From Klebsormidium nitens (taxonomy: Eukaryota; Plantae; Klebsormidiophyceae), in contig DF237018.1 in assembly GCA_000708835.1 (NCBI GenBank), forward strand, positions 176,589-240,588: a stretch of 64,000 bases of DNA, written 5' to 3'. The notes beneath the pieces were generated by a model that did not search any database, was not told where the DNA came from, and saw only the letters and a list, made by a program, of their open reading frames with translations. This document shows, piece after piece, positions 34,401-47,011 of this stretch. Both the position numbers and the translations under genes were made by a program. The stretch's first letter is position 1. Each line of letters starts with the position of its first letter.

Positions 34401-37400
34401 GTTGCTGGCGCGGAATAGACGCACGTGGCCCTGTAGACAGGTCAAGAAAGATAGGCGGTCAGACCGAGAAATTGTATCAAAGTGGCGCCAGAGCCACATC
34501 CGTGCTTTGTAGCGAAGAAGAGGAGGACAAATTTTATCCGTGGAGAATCAACATCGAGATTACACGTGGGACCAGGAGCACCATCTCGTAAAGCTTTTAC
34601 AAAGAAAGAATGTAAAGGAAAGAATAGGAAGAGAGTGTTCTCATAGTGGCAGTCTCACGTGCACCACCTGGGTACACAACATGCTGCAACCAAGGAGTAG
34701 TTGCAAATGCGAAAAAGTTAGGTAATAACGACGATGCCGTAGTACTTGCTGTTCCTAACTGAACAGTCTGCTCGCGAACCCCTATGCCTCAAGCATTCGA
34801 AAGCCTAAAGCCCTTCGAATCGCTCATCAGATTGAAAGCGCTGAAGCTTTACCTTGTCCTCCATCGCCTTGCACAGGTCCAAGAACCGCGTGAACTTGCT
34901 GTCCTTGATGTCGAAGCCGGGTACTCGCTTCTTCAGCTGCAAAGAAGATACGGGGACTCTGAGCTTAGGGGCTATCGCAAGTTCCCTCGATAGTATGAGC
35001 CGCCTGAATCACGTGTGAACGTCCATCAAACGTCGAGATAAAGGGGTCAAGGCTGTGCTGAGAACCCCGGAAAACTCAAAGTGGCGTCAAGTAGAAGATA
35101 AGGGGAGAACATTGTAGAGACACCCCACGTGTCAAGATTCGCATCCGTAGCAAGCTCCTGCAGCATCACTGGTGCGCAAAGAAAGTGACACAGCTTGCTT
35201 CAAATGAGAGGAAATGAGCAATCAACTTCATCGATGTTCGCTAGGTGTGTCCCATCGCTATGTATCAGAACAGCGAGCTTGAGCAACCCCTGTCCAAGCA
35301 AGACTGGTCGTCCCAACTTGAGATCGAGACGGGACACAGATCGTGATAAAACGGAAAGCACAAAGCAACGGAAGAAACAAAGGACGGAACGTGTGACGAG
35401 ACCAGAATGAACACTGAAAGGAACACAGGGACATTGCGTGCACCTCGTTGTTCAGAACGGAGATGTCGAACGGCCGCCCCATTTTGAACGCCAGCTTCTC
35501 TGACGCATCCAGGAAGATTCGCTCGAAGTTCTCGTCGGAGGGGTCTAACGCCATTTTCTTCGCAGCAGGCCCTGTCCTGGCCTTTGCCGCAGCACCCCGC
35601 CCCTCCATCTTAGCACTGCTCTCTCCAACAAGGCCTCTGCTGCTGAGGGCCTTGTTCGCGCCGATGCGCGCAACTTTTGCAGAGGTCTCGGACGACTCGG
35701 ACGGCAACAAGGCCTCTTCGGGGAACGTCCACACGTCGCCCTCGGACTTGCTCACGCTCGGGTTAGGCGCTAACCCGTTCTGGTTTGCATCCCGAGGAGC
35801 CGCAGCTTCCGACCCCAGCTTCTGCAACGCTCCTGTGCCAAACCCGCTCTTCTGCTGTGACAGCTTTGCCGGCCGCTCCCCCTCCGCCGTTCCAGGGCCG
35901 GTGCCCATAACCGTCGTCTCGATCGGCAGGCTGTTGCCCAGAGAGCCGATACCCCGGGAGTGGTTAGCACTAACCGGACTCGCTCGCACGTCTCCTTGCC
36001 CCGAGGACGTCGGCCTCTCGCCCGCTGCTGCACTCCGCATCTCGGCGGCTTCGCTCTCTTCTACGTCATCAGACCAGAGCATCTTGGGCTTCGGCTTCGG
36101 AGTCGACGTGCTCGCCCCTCCGCTTGCGTCACCCTCTCTCGAGCTGACGTCACTTTGACCCCCGCTGACATCACCCTGCCCTTGCCCTCTGCTGACGTCG
36201 CTCTCCACGGCGCTGACATCGTTTGATCCGGCCGCTGTCGCCTCTGTGCTCGGACTCAGTCTCCCTTGCGCAGCCTTTTCGCTCGGCGCGGCTTCCTGAA
36301 GCTCCGGCTTTAAGACCGACTCCACAGCAGTTTCTGGCCGCACAATCTGAATGGTTGTTTGTGCAACCGGTTCCGTCGCACTGGGTGCCTGGACCGTCGT
36401 GGCGTCCGAAACCCCGACCTCTCCCGGCTGCTGAGTTCCGCTCGACGCCGCTGGACCGTCCGATCTCGCCCGAATATCCCCAGCGCCGTCTGACATCGTC
36501 CCCGATTCTTCCAGGCCGTCCGAAACCGTCTGCTCCCTTCCAGAACCATCGGACTTCTGCCCCACATCACCGGTGCCGTTCGCAAGTGTTCGATGCCCGT
36601 CGGCCGTCTCGACCTGGTCCGACTGGCTGGCAACGTCAGAATGCACTTTCCTGATAACCTCCGGCTGCCCATCCTCGTCCGAGCGTCCGGTGCTTGCTGG
36701 TTGCTCAGAAACCTTGGTCTCAGAAACAGCCGGTTGATCTGCTTCCACAGCAGAGGCCGCTGATACACCAGGTCCGTTGCTATCCTTTGCAGCCCCGCTA
36801 GCCGTCACAGCTGCGTCGTCGATCACAGGCGCTACTTGTACACCAACTCTTGACGGGCTGCCAGCTGGCGCCGCCAACTCCTCAGCACCTTCGCCGTGAC
36901 CGACTGCAAGCGAGTCAACAGCCGACTTTGTATCCCCCTCTCCGGCCTCCCCTCTTTGGGTCTCCTTAGAGTTGGACGTCTCAACCGGGGGCTGCTTTCC
37001 TGGGGTCCCGCCCCCCCCCTTCTTGGGCACCCAAGCGAATCTCACCCCCGTTTTCGCCGCCAGACTTTCAACTGCCCTTTGCGACATCGCCAGGTCGCCA
37101 GCTGACGACTGCCCAGGGGCAGCATGCTTATTTGCCCTGGGGGCAGCGCTGCCGGAAACAAGCCCCGCCCGCTGCAGGTTTGCCTCCCAAGCTGCGGCCC
37201 TGGTGGGAATATCCTCCTCGGTCCAGTTGCGCCCATTCGCACTCGCGCCGCTGGCCACACCCGAGAAGAGATCGACACTTCTGGGGTGCTCGTTCTCAGC
37301 GCCCACCCGGTCCCCATTCACACCATCCGCTTCTTGAGGGCGCCCGTTCTCACTGCGCGCCTCGCCCTTCGCTTCCTCAGGCTCTCCGTTTGCACCTTCC

Positions 37401-40400
37401 AGCACTCCAGTCGACTCGTGCTGGTGCCCATTCACACCCCTGGTGTGCTCGGCCTCCTCCTGCCTCTTCTGCTCCAACCTTTTGTGCCGCTCCCGCAACT
37501 CCGTGGCTGTGTACCCCGGAAATGGCACCACCTCGATCGGCCGCACCTCCGGCCCCCTCTCCGTTCCCCTTTTCGTTCCCGCAGTCTTCACTGCTTTCTC
37601 GCTCCCCTCCGATGGGCTGTGCGAACCGGCCCTTCTGGTGTGAATGGGCGCCCCCTCATGCTCCGAGCCTGACTCGTCGCTCTTGGCCTCCACCCGGACC
37701 AATGGCTGCTTGCCAAGTGGCGCCCTCCAGCGCTGCGTAATGAGCTGCATCAGCAAGTCCCGCCGATTCGACAATGACGGCTCCGACGAAGGCTTCGGCG
37801 GCTCGCCAAGTGGCGTCGCAGTACTGGCCGGTGGCAGTTTGCGAGAGGTCCCTTCAACGCTGACATCACCACTTGTCCGGCTGACATCACTGCCTGCCTT
37901 GCTGAGGGGCGCAGCAACAGGCGCCGTGCTGGCTGCCGGCTCTGCGCTGACATCACCGTTCGCCTTGCTGACATACTGCCCTGCTTCAACAGTCTTCTCA
38001 GACTCCTCAAGTGTAGAGGTGCTCAACGCCTGAGGGTCAGCCGCAGGGTTCTTGACAGGGGAAGTGCTTTCTTCTGGCTTGGCTTCGACTTCCTCCTGGG
38101 GGGTAAGATTCTCTCCGCTTTCGCCCCCCGACGCTGAACCGGACTCTGCTTTGGGCACCCACGCTGGTGTCAGGGGCACCCCAGGCGCCGCCGCTGAGGT
38201 CGGAAGCCAAACTGTGACCGGCTCCTTCTTCACCCACTTCTCGGGGGGGTGTGCAAAACCCGTCGGAGAGACCCCCGGCTTCTTGAACCGGCTCTGTTTC
38301 GCAGCCATGATCGCTGCATCCAGGTCTGCAAAACCTCTGGGAGAGGACGAGGAGGAGGTTCGGCTTAACCCCTCAGGGTTTGTGGGGGGTGAACCGAAGG
38401 TTTTCGGGTTTTGGGGTTGGACACCCTCCGGCTGCTTCGAAAAGGCGCCGAAGTGCATAGGGGTTTGACCCCCGAAGCCCCCCTGGTTTGACTGGTTGAA
38501 GGGGTTCGCAACTTGCGGTGGAAGTGTTTTCACCACGGGAGGAGGAATGATGTCGAGGGGGTCACTCCTGGGAGCTTCCGCTTCTGGAGCTTCGGAAGAA
38601 GGAGCGGAAGTCTTGAAGGCTTCCGTTCTGAAGGAATTGCTCGGAAGAGGCTCAACTTTATGAGGTCCGGGTTCGAGAGGTCCAGCGGACTGCGCCGACA
38701 AGCTCGGTGTCCTGACAGGGTCCGTTTCTGACCACGCGTGCTCCGTTTGCTGTGCTTCTGCTGGCGCCATGGGCTCAGCCTGGTGCATGTCGCCGCTGTC
38801 TGAAAGGGCCCCCTCCTCGTGGCTACTGCTCCCAGACATTGTGGCCGCACTCATTCTCGCAAGTATCCAAGCTGGCAGAGCCTCCGACGGAGTCTTCAGC
38901 GACACACTCTGATTCGCAGTGTCGACTACAGAATGACCAGTCGTCTGGCCGACTGCGAGGCCGACGTCAGAGGCTGGACTTGACCCCCCTTCCGCGTGAC
39001 TGACCACTCTCTCTGCTTCCGATTGGTCGGAGGAAGCGCCCATTTCCGCTTCACTCTCCTTCGAAACCCCCGCACTTTTCAAATCTTCGCGCACGACACC
39101 GTCCTTGTTCCCAGCTTCATGGCCCAGTTGCACGTCCTCCTTTGGTGCCACCGCTCCAAGCGCCTCAGCAACGGCGACCCCTGAGCTATTTCTTGCTGCC
39201 AAACCGTCGCCCTCTGCTTGCCAGCTGACCGACTCCACCCCCTGGCCGTTTGCAGAGCCTCCCCCGTTGACACCCCCGACCTCCAGTTGCTCAGCAGGCG
39301 GCACAGACGCCTTCGTCCCTTCCCCCTGATGCGACTCATCCGAGATCGCTGGTCCCTCAGAATTGCTTTCGGGGGGTGCGCTTCCAGAGCTTTCCGGAGG
39401 GGCCAAAGCGTCGCCCTGGTCCGGTGAGGTTGCATTTGCAGGGGGGCTGTCTCGAGCAGGCAGCGGGTCCTTCCGCCGCCAGGTGTCAGCGGCATCAGAG
39501 CGGGAAGAAAACGTCCTCGGCGGCCGCACACCTGTTTCACGGACGAATACATGTTCTTTGCAGAGATTTTGCGGTTACTCAGCAGCTTGCTGAAACCAAG
39601 ACGTACTAAGGCGGCGCAACTCCGTCATCTTAAGCCCGTACAAAGCCGGTAATTTTAATTGCCATAATCTAGCTTGGTAGAATAGGATGCCCAGTAAGTA
39701 TCCGGATCAACAAGCTGAAGCGCGGACTTTGAAGCAGCTTCAAGAGCGTGGTGCTCGTGAAGCATGGTAAGCAGAGCGAAATTTCATGTTCCTAGCCGCA
39801 GTACTGAATTTAATTGTCGAAAATGGACTTCCTTAGACTTAGATCCTTCCACTCCCCTCCAAGCAAAGCTGGATGTCAGTCAACAAACCAACCGAGGATG
39901 AAAACAGGGCACTGCAATGGCTCAGTATACAGCACCAGAGATCAACAATTGATTGAGAAATAGGTGACAACTTCGGCTTGCCCGGCTAGGACTCTGTACC
40001 CGACCTTCTCCAATTTCAGAGTATTGCTTATGTCACTTGTATATCCCAAGATACATATGACTGAAGGGAAGCCACTTCTTTATACCAGAGCACTTGGATG
40101 GCACCCATCTGCCAGGAAGCAACCGAAAGGCATATTTCTGTACATGAGAGCAAACCGGAAGCAGAGGGAAGCAGATCCTGCGAACGGGATTGGGCATGCC
40201 TGTTGCCTCACCTTGCGGCGGCTGACCGCCTCCACTCCCAAGCCCTCTCGGCGACCCAAAACCCTCCTGCGGGTACCCCTTATCCAGGGAGCCTGCTTCC
40301 GCTTCTCCGCCCCCTCGGCCGTATCCTGGCCACCGCCCTACCCCCCTCCCAAACGTGGGTCCGTTCCCTCTTCCTGCGACCCCCCTGCCGCGCCCAAACC

Positions 40401-42601
40401 CCTGCTGCTGTTCCCAAACGAACTGAGCCTCAGCGTCACTCTCGAGGGACCCTGGTCTTGGCCCGGCTCGTTCATCGTCGTCCCAACTTTCAGCGTCTAA
40501 TCTCTGGTGGGTTGCCTGCAGCTCCTTCGCCATCTCCCTCTGAGCCGCCTCGATGTCCTGCGAATGTGAAATGACATATAAGGATACCGGATCTCCAATA
40601 CTCAGGGTTGTCGAACTTTTGGAAGTGTGACAAGAGCTTTGCAGATGGTCATTCGAATGGCGGTATCAAATGCCGTAGGATGCAGCTTCATGTGTGCGGA
40701 TGGAGGGAAAGGATCGATGAGCGCCACTGATCAAGAGATGGAAGCGCATAGACCTTGGCAAGCTTTGTGAAGCGGTGGGCCGCGAAACATAAGCTGCCAA
40801 GTGTTTTGTAATAGGAATCTAAGTGAAAGGTGCAATGGAACAGCTGGCAACCAAGACAGAACCTTTGCCAAATCAGACAATTATGTCTACGTGCTCTGAC
40901 ATAGATACCTTACAGAAATTGACCATTTGACAGGCAAGGAGTCTAACAAGGAAGGCGTCTCTTCAAATACGTTACCACACTCTTCAGGCATGGCAACCTG
41001 GCCAGCCTGGCCTCACTGAAACAGGAGCTTCCTGCAGAGCTCTGTATCCATTTGCATACTCACAAAAACGGACAAAACTCGAATTCAAAAGCGACGCAAA
41101 CAAACTCAAACCCGACGAAAACTCGGAGAGCAGCAGGCGCCAAACAGCGCTCACCTCTTGGCTCTCCTTCGACCCCGTTACTGGGTTCCAGCACGCCCAC
41201 GCGTTCTTGTGCGGTGACAGGGTCGTGCTCAAATCTGTCAGCTTCTTCAACTGCACCACCGCCCTCGGCCCTGCCGGCACCCCCCCTTCCTTCTTCCCCG
41301 CCCCGTCCGTCCCCCTTGGAGCAACCCTCGGAAGCTCCGGAAAGTCCCTTTTGTCGACCACAACAACCGCGTCCTTCTCAGGGGGGTGCCCGCGGCCAGG
41401 CTGGACACCCCCCAAAGGAGGGAACTCGGCGGGCCGACCAGCTGCTGGGGTCCCGTGGCCCCGCCCAGCGCCAGGTGGCAAGCTACTAGTGGCTGGCGCG
41501 CTGCCACGACCCCAGGTTGGCAGCCTCTCAAAAGAAGGAGCGCTGTTAGCCCGCTCCGGCGTCCATTTCGCGCTCCTGTCCTCCATCTGAGGTGTCGGGT
41601 CTTCCCTATCACTGACCGAGTCCGCCCACAGTTCTCGTTTGGGTGCAGCACTCCCCAGGGCATTTGCACTAGCGCTGACGTTGCTAGCGGCCCTCTCCAG
41701 TGCAGGAGCTGAAACTGCATGCTGCGAACCAGGAGCATTTGCAGCCGCACCAGAAGTCGTGTCAATCAGTCGCGAGAAGCTGCCGGAAGCTTCAGGAGAT
41801 TCAGAGAGGCGCGTGCGGCGCTCCCCCCGCATGGGCGTGACGGGAATGAACACGGTGCTCTTGACACCGAGCGCATCGTTGCCGATGAGCCTGCTTGTGA
41901 GCTGTGGTTTGGTGTCAGTATCGGGGAGCACGCTGCCCGGAGAATGTTTGACTTGGGGAGAACCGGAGGTTGAGGCTGACTGGGAGCCAGGATTGGAATC
42001 ATCCAACCCCAGGGTTTTCTTGTCTAGCAGCGACTGTCGCCTCTCTTCTTCCTCCCATAGCTGCTGGGCAAAGGAGGGGCCCGAGGGGATGGGAAGAAAG
42101 ACTTCCCCAGGGTTGGGAGGGCGGACACTGGACGCCGGCTGCGTATCCTGCAAACCATGTAAAGAAACAGTGTCAAAAAGTTTGATGCGCGTGCATGAGG
42201 TGGTGCATATTTTAAATGGACGTAAACCAACTCGGATATCTTGCAGCTATGTTAGCGAGTAGGTAGAGGTGCTGGACTCTGGAAGTTCTGCCGCCGCTTA
42301 CATTGAACAAGCAGAGAGCATCATTAAGCATTTTCAAACAAACCTTCAACATGAAATTGTGAGATGACAGCGGTGGCAATTTGTATGCCGGACTCTTTGA
42401 CCGTTAAAAGATAGATGAAAGACACTGCTTCCATTCACGAATGTAATTTGGGGTCTTCTTGGCTCCAGGCATCAACTTCAACCCAGCCATGAGCTTTATG
42501 CTCTTTCTTTCTTATGTGAAAGAGCCGCTTTGAGAGGGTCAAGAACAGGGCCTGGACTCACCGTCGTACCAAGGAGATTCTGGAGCAGGCTCGTAAACTC
42601 A
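31433..42601 (-). CDS. Very large (>2,380 aa) RNA-binding protein: RGG patch, long disordered region, two LOTUS/OST-HTH-like domains, C-terminal RRM; true start probably further upstream (candidate ATG 43444)
   Basis: Phase-consistent GT-AG exons 42601-42562, 42147-41155, 40557-40212, 39531-35444, 34936-34853, 34430-33960, 33445-33369, 33209-33137, 32796-31880 and 31544-31433. LOTUS-like 1: FERIFLDASEKLAFKMGRPFDISVLNNE-LKKRVPGFDIKDSKFTRFLDLCKAMEDK-GHVRLF. LOTUS-like 2: EALGAIMLILCENPSMKASGLGAKLIDHDRSLSEQVK-IHFGGVTSFLKARPELFHLS. RRM: HLFVTHLPPD (RNP2), LFGFVRF (RNP1). Confidence 0.82.
36143..36220. repeat. Cluster of GCTGAC(G/A)TC motifs encoding xDVS repeats within the large exon
   Basis: Motif at 36143, 36164, 36191 and 36212; protein GSNDVSAVESDVSRGQGQGDVSGGQSDVSS. 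Confidence 0.7.
37859..37974. repeat. Second GCTGACAT(C) motif cluster encoding xDVS/YVS repeats
   Basis: Motif at 37859, 37880, 37946 and 37967; protein YVSKANGDVSAEP...GSDVSRTSGDVSVEG. Confidence 0.65.
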
Positions 42602-43576
42602 CTGCAAGAGTAAGAAGACAAGCACACTGAATAAACCCCTGGCAGTTGTTGGTGAAATGTAAACAAGCAACTAATTGCTCTGGGGAGCAAAAGAAAGAGA
42701 CACACACCTAGGAGACAAGGAGACGGACACATGGCGGGTGCACAGCAAAGTAGTCAAACCTCTAAAACGTGCAGCAGAAGCCGGATCTTTAAGTGGCAGG
42801 GAAACACAGCAAGAGGATGCTTGTCACTGGCAGACCAGGTTCGGCTTTTTGGAACACCGTATCCAGGAGTTTACAGCAATCTGAAGGACGAGAAAGCTAC
42901 ACTTAGATAGAAAGGATCGATGGTGCATCACATGATTGCCTCGTAAGTGGAACAAAGCCGGTTCGAGTCTTCTGCGCGATTAGTAGCTCTGCTCAGCCAA
43001 AATCTGCTCGTTTCATTTTAAATCTCACAGAAATAAACAGGGCCTTATGCTGAATGCTGGCAGCTGAGTATAACAATTCCCACACAATTCAACCTTCATA
43101 CCAGAAAACATTGAAAGCTGCAAATGTGGCTGTCACACATCTTTCCGACGCCACTGGCTTACTTGGAGTCTGGGGACGCTTCATCTTCAGGAAAACCGTT
43201 ACCATCTTCGCTCCAAGCGGTCTCGTTGTCATGAGAGGTTCTCTGTGAGGCCCCCTCTGCACTGTGAGTTTCCATCTTTTATCGTTCAATTGCAGCGCCG
43301 GCTCCTTTTTACAATATTCACATGGCCTCCGCTTCAAGAGGATGCATTGCCTACGTCGAGACTACAAAAGATTGGCAACATCAGATTTTGCAAATCCTTC
43401 AGGCTCTGCTCAGCTGGCGTTCAGCCTGCCTGTTGGTCCGCCATGACGGGGTTCCTTGGACACTGATGTGACTTCATTGGGAGGGCCGTGAAATTTCTTG
43501 AAAGTTCCAACTTGAAGTTGAAGGACGATCGACTCCAGTTTGCGCCTAAGTTTTGGCGCCAAGTTGACCCATGCAG

Positions 43577-43637
43577 TTTAGGGGCTTTAGGGTTTTAGGG
43601 CTCCTTGGATATCGGATTGAACTGAACCAAACCCTAA
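43577..43637. promoter_or_regulatory. Telomere-like repeats / telo-boxes in the short divergent promoter between the LOTUS-RRM gene and cassette A
   Basis: tttagggGCtttagggTtttaggg at 43577-43600 and AAACCCTAA at 43629-43637. The homologous motif cluster in copy B is at 52706-52771. Confidence 0.6.
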
Positions 43638-43922
43638 AACCAGAGGCAGTCACGATGCCAGATGATCCCCTTCGCGAGGCAAGCTGTTGCGCTCCTGTTG
43701 CGTGACCATCCCCTTCACCAAACCTGAAATTGCGCCTGTCCATTGCAGATCGAGTTTGCAGTCAACGTGCTGGCGCTTCCCTGTTTCACTTTTTGAGCTC
43801 CCTCAGGTGTCTTGGTACTTATCTTATCGTATTCTTAGATTGGATCTGCTCGAAAACTAGTGACAATTTGGCTCACACAGAAGACGCCCAGCATTGCATT
43901 GATCGAACGCCTGCCCGAGGTG

Positions 43923-44849
43923 ATGAAGATGGATACTGTCAAACTCACCGTCCTGCGCGGCACGCTGGACGAAGAGAATCCCCTCTCGCTTCTCCGTGGC
44001 AATGAGCACATATGGACCAAGGTGTTTGGCTTAGTAGACACTTGGTATGAGGAGCACATAGACCGGAAGTCAGTGGCATTCGACATGGTGGAGACCTTTA
44101 GGGGGCCGCGTTCCTCGCGCCCCTCGCGCCCCGCGCTAGTCTCCTTCCCAGAGCCCCAGGGCATCCAAATCAACATGATGCCAATCAAACTGTTCGATCT
44201 TTACGACACCGTCCCAGCAAACTGCCAGCAGTACATAAGCTGCATCAAGATGTGCGCGGGCGAATCGCGCCAGAAGGACTTCAACCGCGTCGCATACTTG
44301 ACGATCCACGAGAGTGTCGTCCCCGTGGGAGAACCGCAGCGCCGGCCTGGGCTACACATTGAGCAGCCCGGCGGAATTCGGGATGGCGGCTCGGCCAAGA
44401 CACTTGAACACGGACAGTATTACTGGGGCAAGGGGTGGAAGGACGCAGGCCGCAACGAGCTTTCCGATGGGATCTACATGGCTTCCAACGTGAGCAATTC
44501 TTGCACCGTGTGGCCGGTGTTGATCCAGAAACCAAGCGATGTGACGGACCGTCATGGGGGCATTGAGCACATGAGGGAGCGCTTAGGCCCTGGACGAAAC
44601 TTGGCAGCGGGAGAGTTGTGCTGGTTCACCGACCGCACGCCGCACGAGGCGAACCCCCTAACAGCCCCCTCCGATGACCCCGGCGCGAAGTTCAGAGCCA
44701 GGAGCTTTTTCCGCTTAGTGGTGGGGCAAATCTCGGTGTGGTACTCCAAGCACAACACCCCAAAACCCGTTGGGGGTGCTGCCGGACGCGCCAATCTCGG
44801 ACGAGGACAAGTTCAGTTGAAAGGTGAGGACTCGCACGTCGTCCTGTGA
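43923..44849 (+). CDS. Intronless putative 2OG/Fe(II)-dependent dioxygenase-like (DSBH) protein, copy A, with a +1 frameshift near the C-terminus
   Basis: Motifs QINMMP, YLTIHES, QRRPGLHIE (HxE at 44355-44363), GIYMASNV, LCWFTDRTPHE (distal His 44643) and RSFFRLV. Extra A at 44762-44765 (caaaaccc versus caaaccc in copy B) replaces NPLGVLPDAPISDEDKFS* with KPVGGAAGR...HVVL*. Confidence 0.65.
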   Translation: MKMDTVKLTVLRGTLDEENPLSLLRGNEHIWTKVFGLVDTWYEEHIDRKSVAFDMVETFRGPRSSRPSRPALVSFPEPQGIQINMMPIKLFDLYDTVPANCQQYISCIKMCAGESRQKDFNRVAYLTIHESVVPVGEPQRRPGLHIEQPGGIRDGGSAKTLEHGQYYWGKGWKDAGRNELSDGIYMASNVSNSCTVWPVLIQKPSDVTDRHGGIEHMRERLGPGRNLAAGELCWFTDRTPHEANPLTAPSDDPGAKFRARSFFRLVVGQISVWYSKHNTPKPVGGAAGRANLGRGQVQLKGEDSHVVL

Positions 44850-46189
44850 CTCGAATTCACTGGTTGTCAGCTGACCAGTGGTGGAAGAAGCGCCAAAGCT
44901 CCAGAGATGCACCTGAGTTGTTCCGAAGAAAGAATGGCTAAGCAGTGTGAAGACATCCAGAGGAGGTAGCCCGTCTTGAAACACCGCTATCAGCTGGTTC
45001 AGGCTGCCTGCTTTCCTAACTTTATAAGTGCTTCATAAGTGCTGATGCCTGCGCGCAACAGATTGAATACGGTTCGAAACTGGGCTCACTTTCTTGAAAC
45101 GACCCCAGGCAGTCAGTGAGCTTCCGTTCTTGAAGTGAGAGGATGAGGTGCGCAGGCAGCCAAGATCACACACAAGAATTTCTGGAGTCTGCTCCGGGAA
45201 TCTGTTCTTCTCTTGTTTTCGTGCACTGTTGTTTTAATCCATGGAGAAGATGGGTAGGATCTGTGAGTGCTTACCAAGTTTGGCTGGGCACCTTGCAAAA
45301 AGCGCTCAGACAAGACCAGAAAAACGAATTTCGGAAACGTCGTTAACTGCCAGGTGGATTAGCTGATTATGCTGCCTTTTTTCTGAATTTGACATACAGA
45401 ACTCTTCCAAAAAGAAGAGACAGTCTAATCATAGGAACAAGACCACTCCTTGTGGTCTATACCCATTGTCACAATCTTGTACATGCAGATAGGACACACT
45501 TCCTCTACAGGTGACTAGTCAGAATCCTTGGCTAACGCTTGAGGGCAATCCGCCAAGCTTGGGGGCTAGACCAGAATGGACCAATGGACATGAAGGTGAC
45601 TTCCCTTTCTGCTCAAGTAGTAGAGGGGCGCTGGACTACTTCAGAGGCACTTGTCAGTGCAGGATCCACCAACAGAAAGACTATCGATGGATGAGAGGTG
45701 ACGTTTAGCGGCACCTGTTAGCACTGGGCTTTCAAAAGTTTTGGTCTTCAATTATCTCGTGAAGCGGAGAAGCGGCATTCTTGTCAGGAGGAACTTCAAG
45801 TTGATGCGCTTTTCAGGTGTACATTGCCACAGTTGGCAGACGAGCTGGCTGGTTGTCTCTTCCTTACGTAGACTGCAAACTTGAGTTGAGAACTCCTTTA
45901 CTGGAAGCTTATGTACCGGTACGGTCAGTAGGCTGAGTCTGATTACTACTAGTTTGTGTACGCAGGCACTGGTGAGTCTGAGAGCTTTGGCAGGCCCAGC
46001 AAGTTTGCAACGCATGCAGCAACCAGCATTAATCAGATTAGGGGCATACTTGTTTTGTGTTTGACCAGCCATCGTTGGTGAATCGGGCCCATCGTTGTTA
46101 AATCAACTCGCGATCGAACATAAGTCAACCATTCTGAGTGGACGGTTGGCCGGTCACCTAGCAAAAGCAGGACAAGAGCGTCAAGAGCG

Positions 46190-46720
46190 ACAAGAGCGCC
46201 ATCATGCACACCGGCATGCCACGCGCAACTCGAACGTGGGTGAGGTGCAGGTGCAGCGCATGTACTCGGTTGCTAATCATGCAAATGCCACCCGACCAAA
46301 TCCTTATATACGATCGAATCATGTCAGCTAGTATGCAATACACACTTTTTACCGGGTCCTGCAGGACCCGCATGCGCTTACTAGTTAGATCATTGATTCG
46401 ATCATTAACGTGACTCAGATTCGATTGATCGAGGCCGAGGCCTCACGAGCACGCCGTCACTGCGCTATAGCTCGTTCATGCTTTTATTGAGTTCATTTCA
46501 TGCACATGTGTGGGATCGGCAGGATCGCACGGGCCCTTGCACTGGCAGCATGTCAGGCGGGCCCGCCGGCCACGCCGGCGTGTCCCCAGAATCATGCTAA
46601 GTGCGTGCATGTTTCAGAGATGATCATTTTGGAGAATGGATGCAGTACTAACGTACGTGTTGGCGACAGTGTGCGTAACATAATGCGATATTCATAGGCG
46701 CCATAAGTCGAGCCAACCTG
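46190..46720. other. Palindrome-dense spacer between convergent genes of cassette A
   Basis: Perfect 18-bp palindrome CGGGTCCTGCAGGACCCG at 46353-46370, CGCATGCG, CGATCG, ACTAGT, AGGCCT, GGGCCC and many CATG/TGCA. Confidence 0.5.
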
Positions 46721-47011
46721 ATCCGTTGCAAATCAACGTTGGAGCCTGCATGGTCGAATCTACACGCGGCTGAGAAAAATCTGAGCATGCCCGCAGAAAT
46801 ACGTTCACGTTCCGTTCCTCTACAGCTAGCGACACTTGCACAGAAGCTGTTCGTGGTCGTGGGACTCATTGACAAGAGTCCAGCAACGCTTTTCTACGGC
46901 ATAGACCTGTCAAAGACGAGGGCGCCCCTTTTGGACGCTAGGACTTGGGTACTTAACACAGTTTACCGCAACACGGATCAAACACCACCCAAGATCTCAA
47001 CGGCGACTGCT

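Noticed and set aside
35448-39609. Many plus-strand ORFs of 120-240 aa
   Set aside because: Antisense shadows of the GC-rich 4-kb exon of the LOTUS-RRM gene.
42820-42885. PWI-like helix pattern (CKLLDTVFQKAEP-EFTSLLQNLL) at the N-terminus of the LOTUS-RRM gene
   Set aside because: No splice donor of the required phase joins the two parts. An alternative frame (IAVNSWIR) fits the phase better, so the domain is unsupported.
44908-44970. Small ORF MHLSCSEERMAK(Q/P)CEDIQRR conserved in both cassette copies
   Set aside because: Flanking non-coding DNA is similarly conserved between the copies, so duplication alone explains it.
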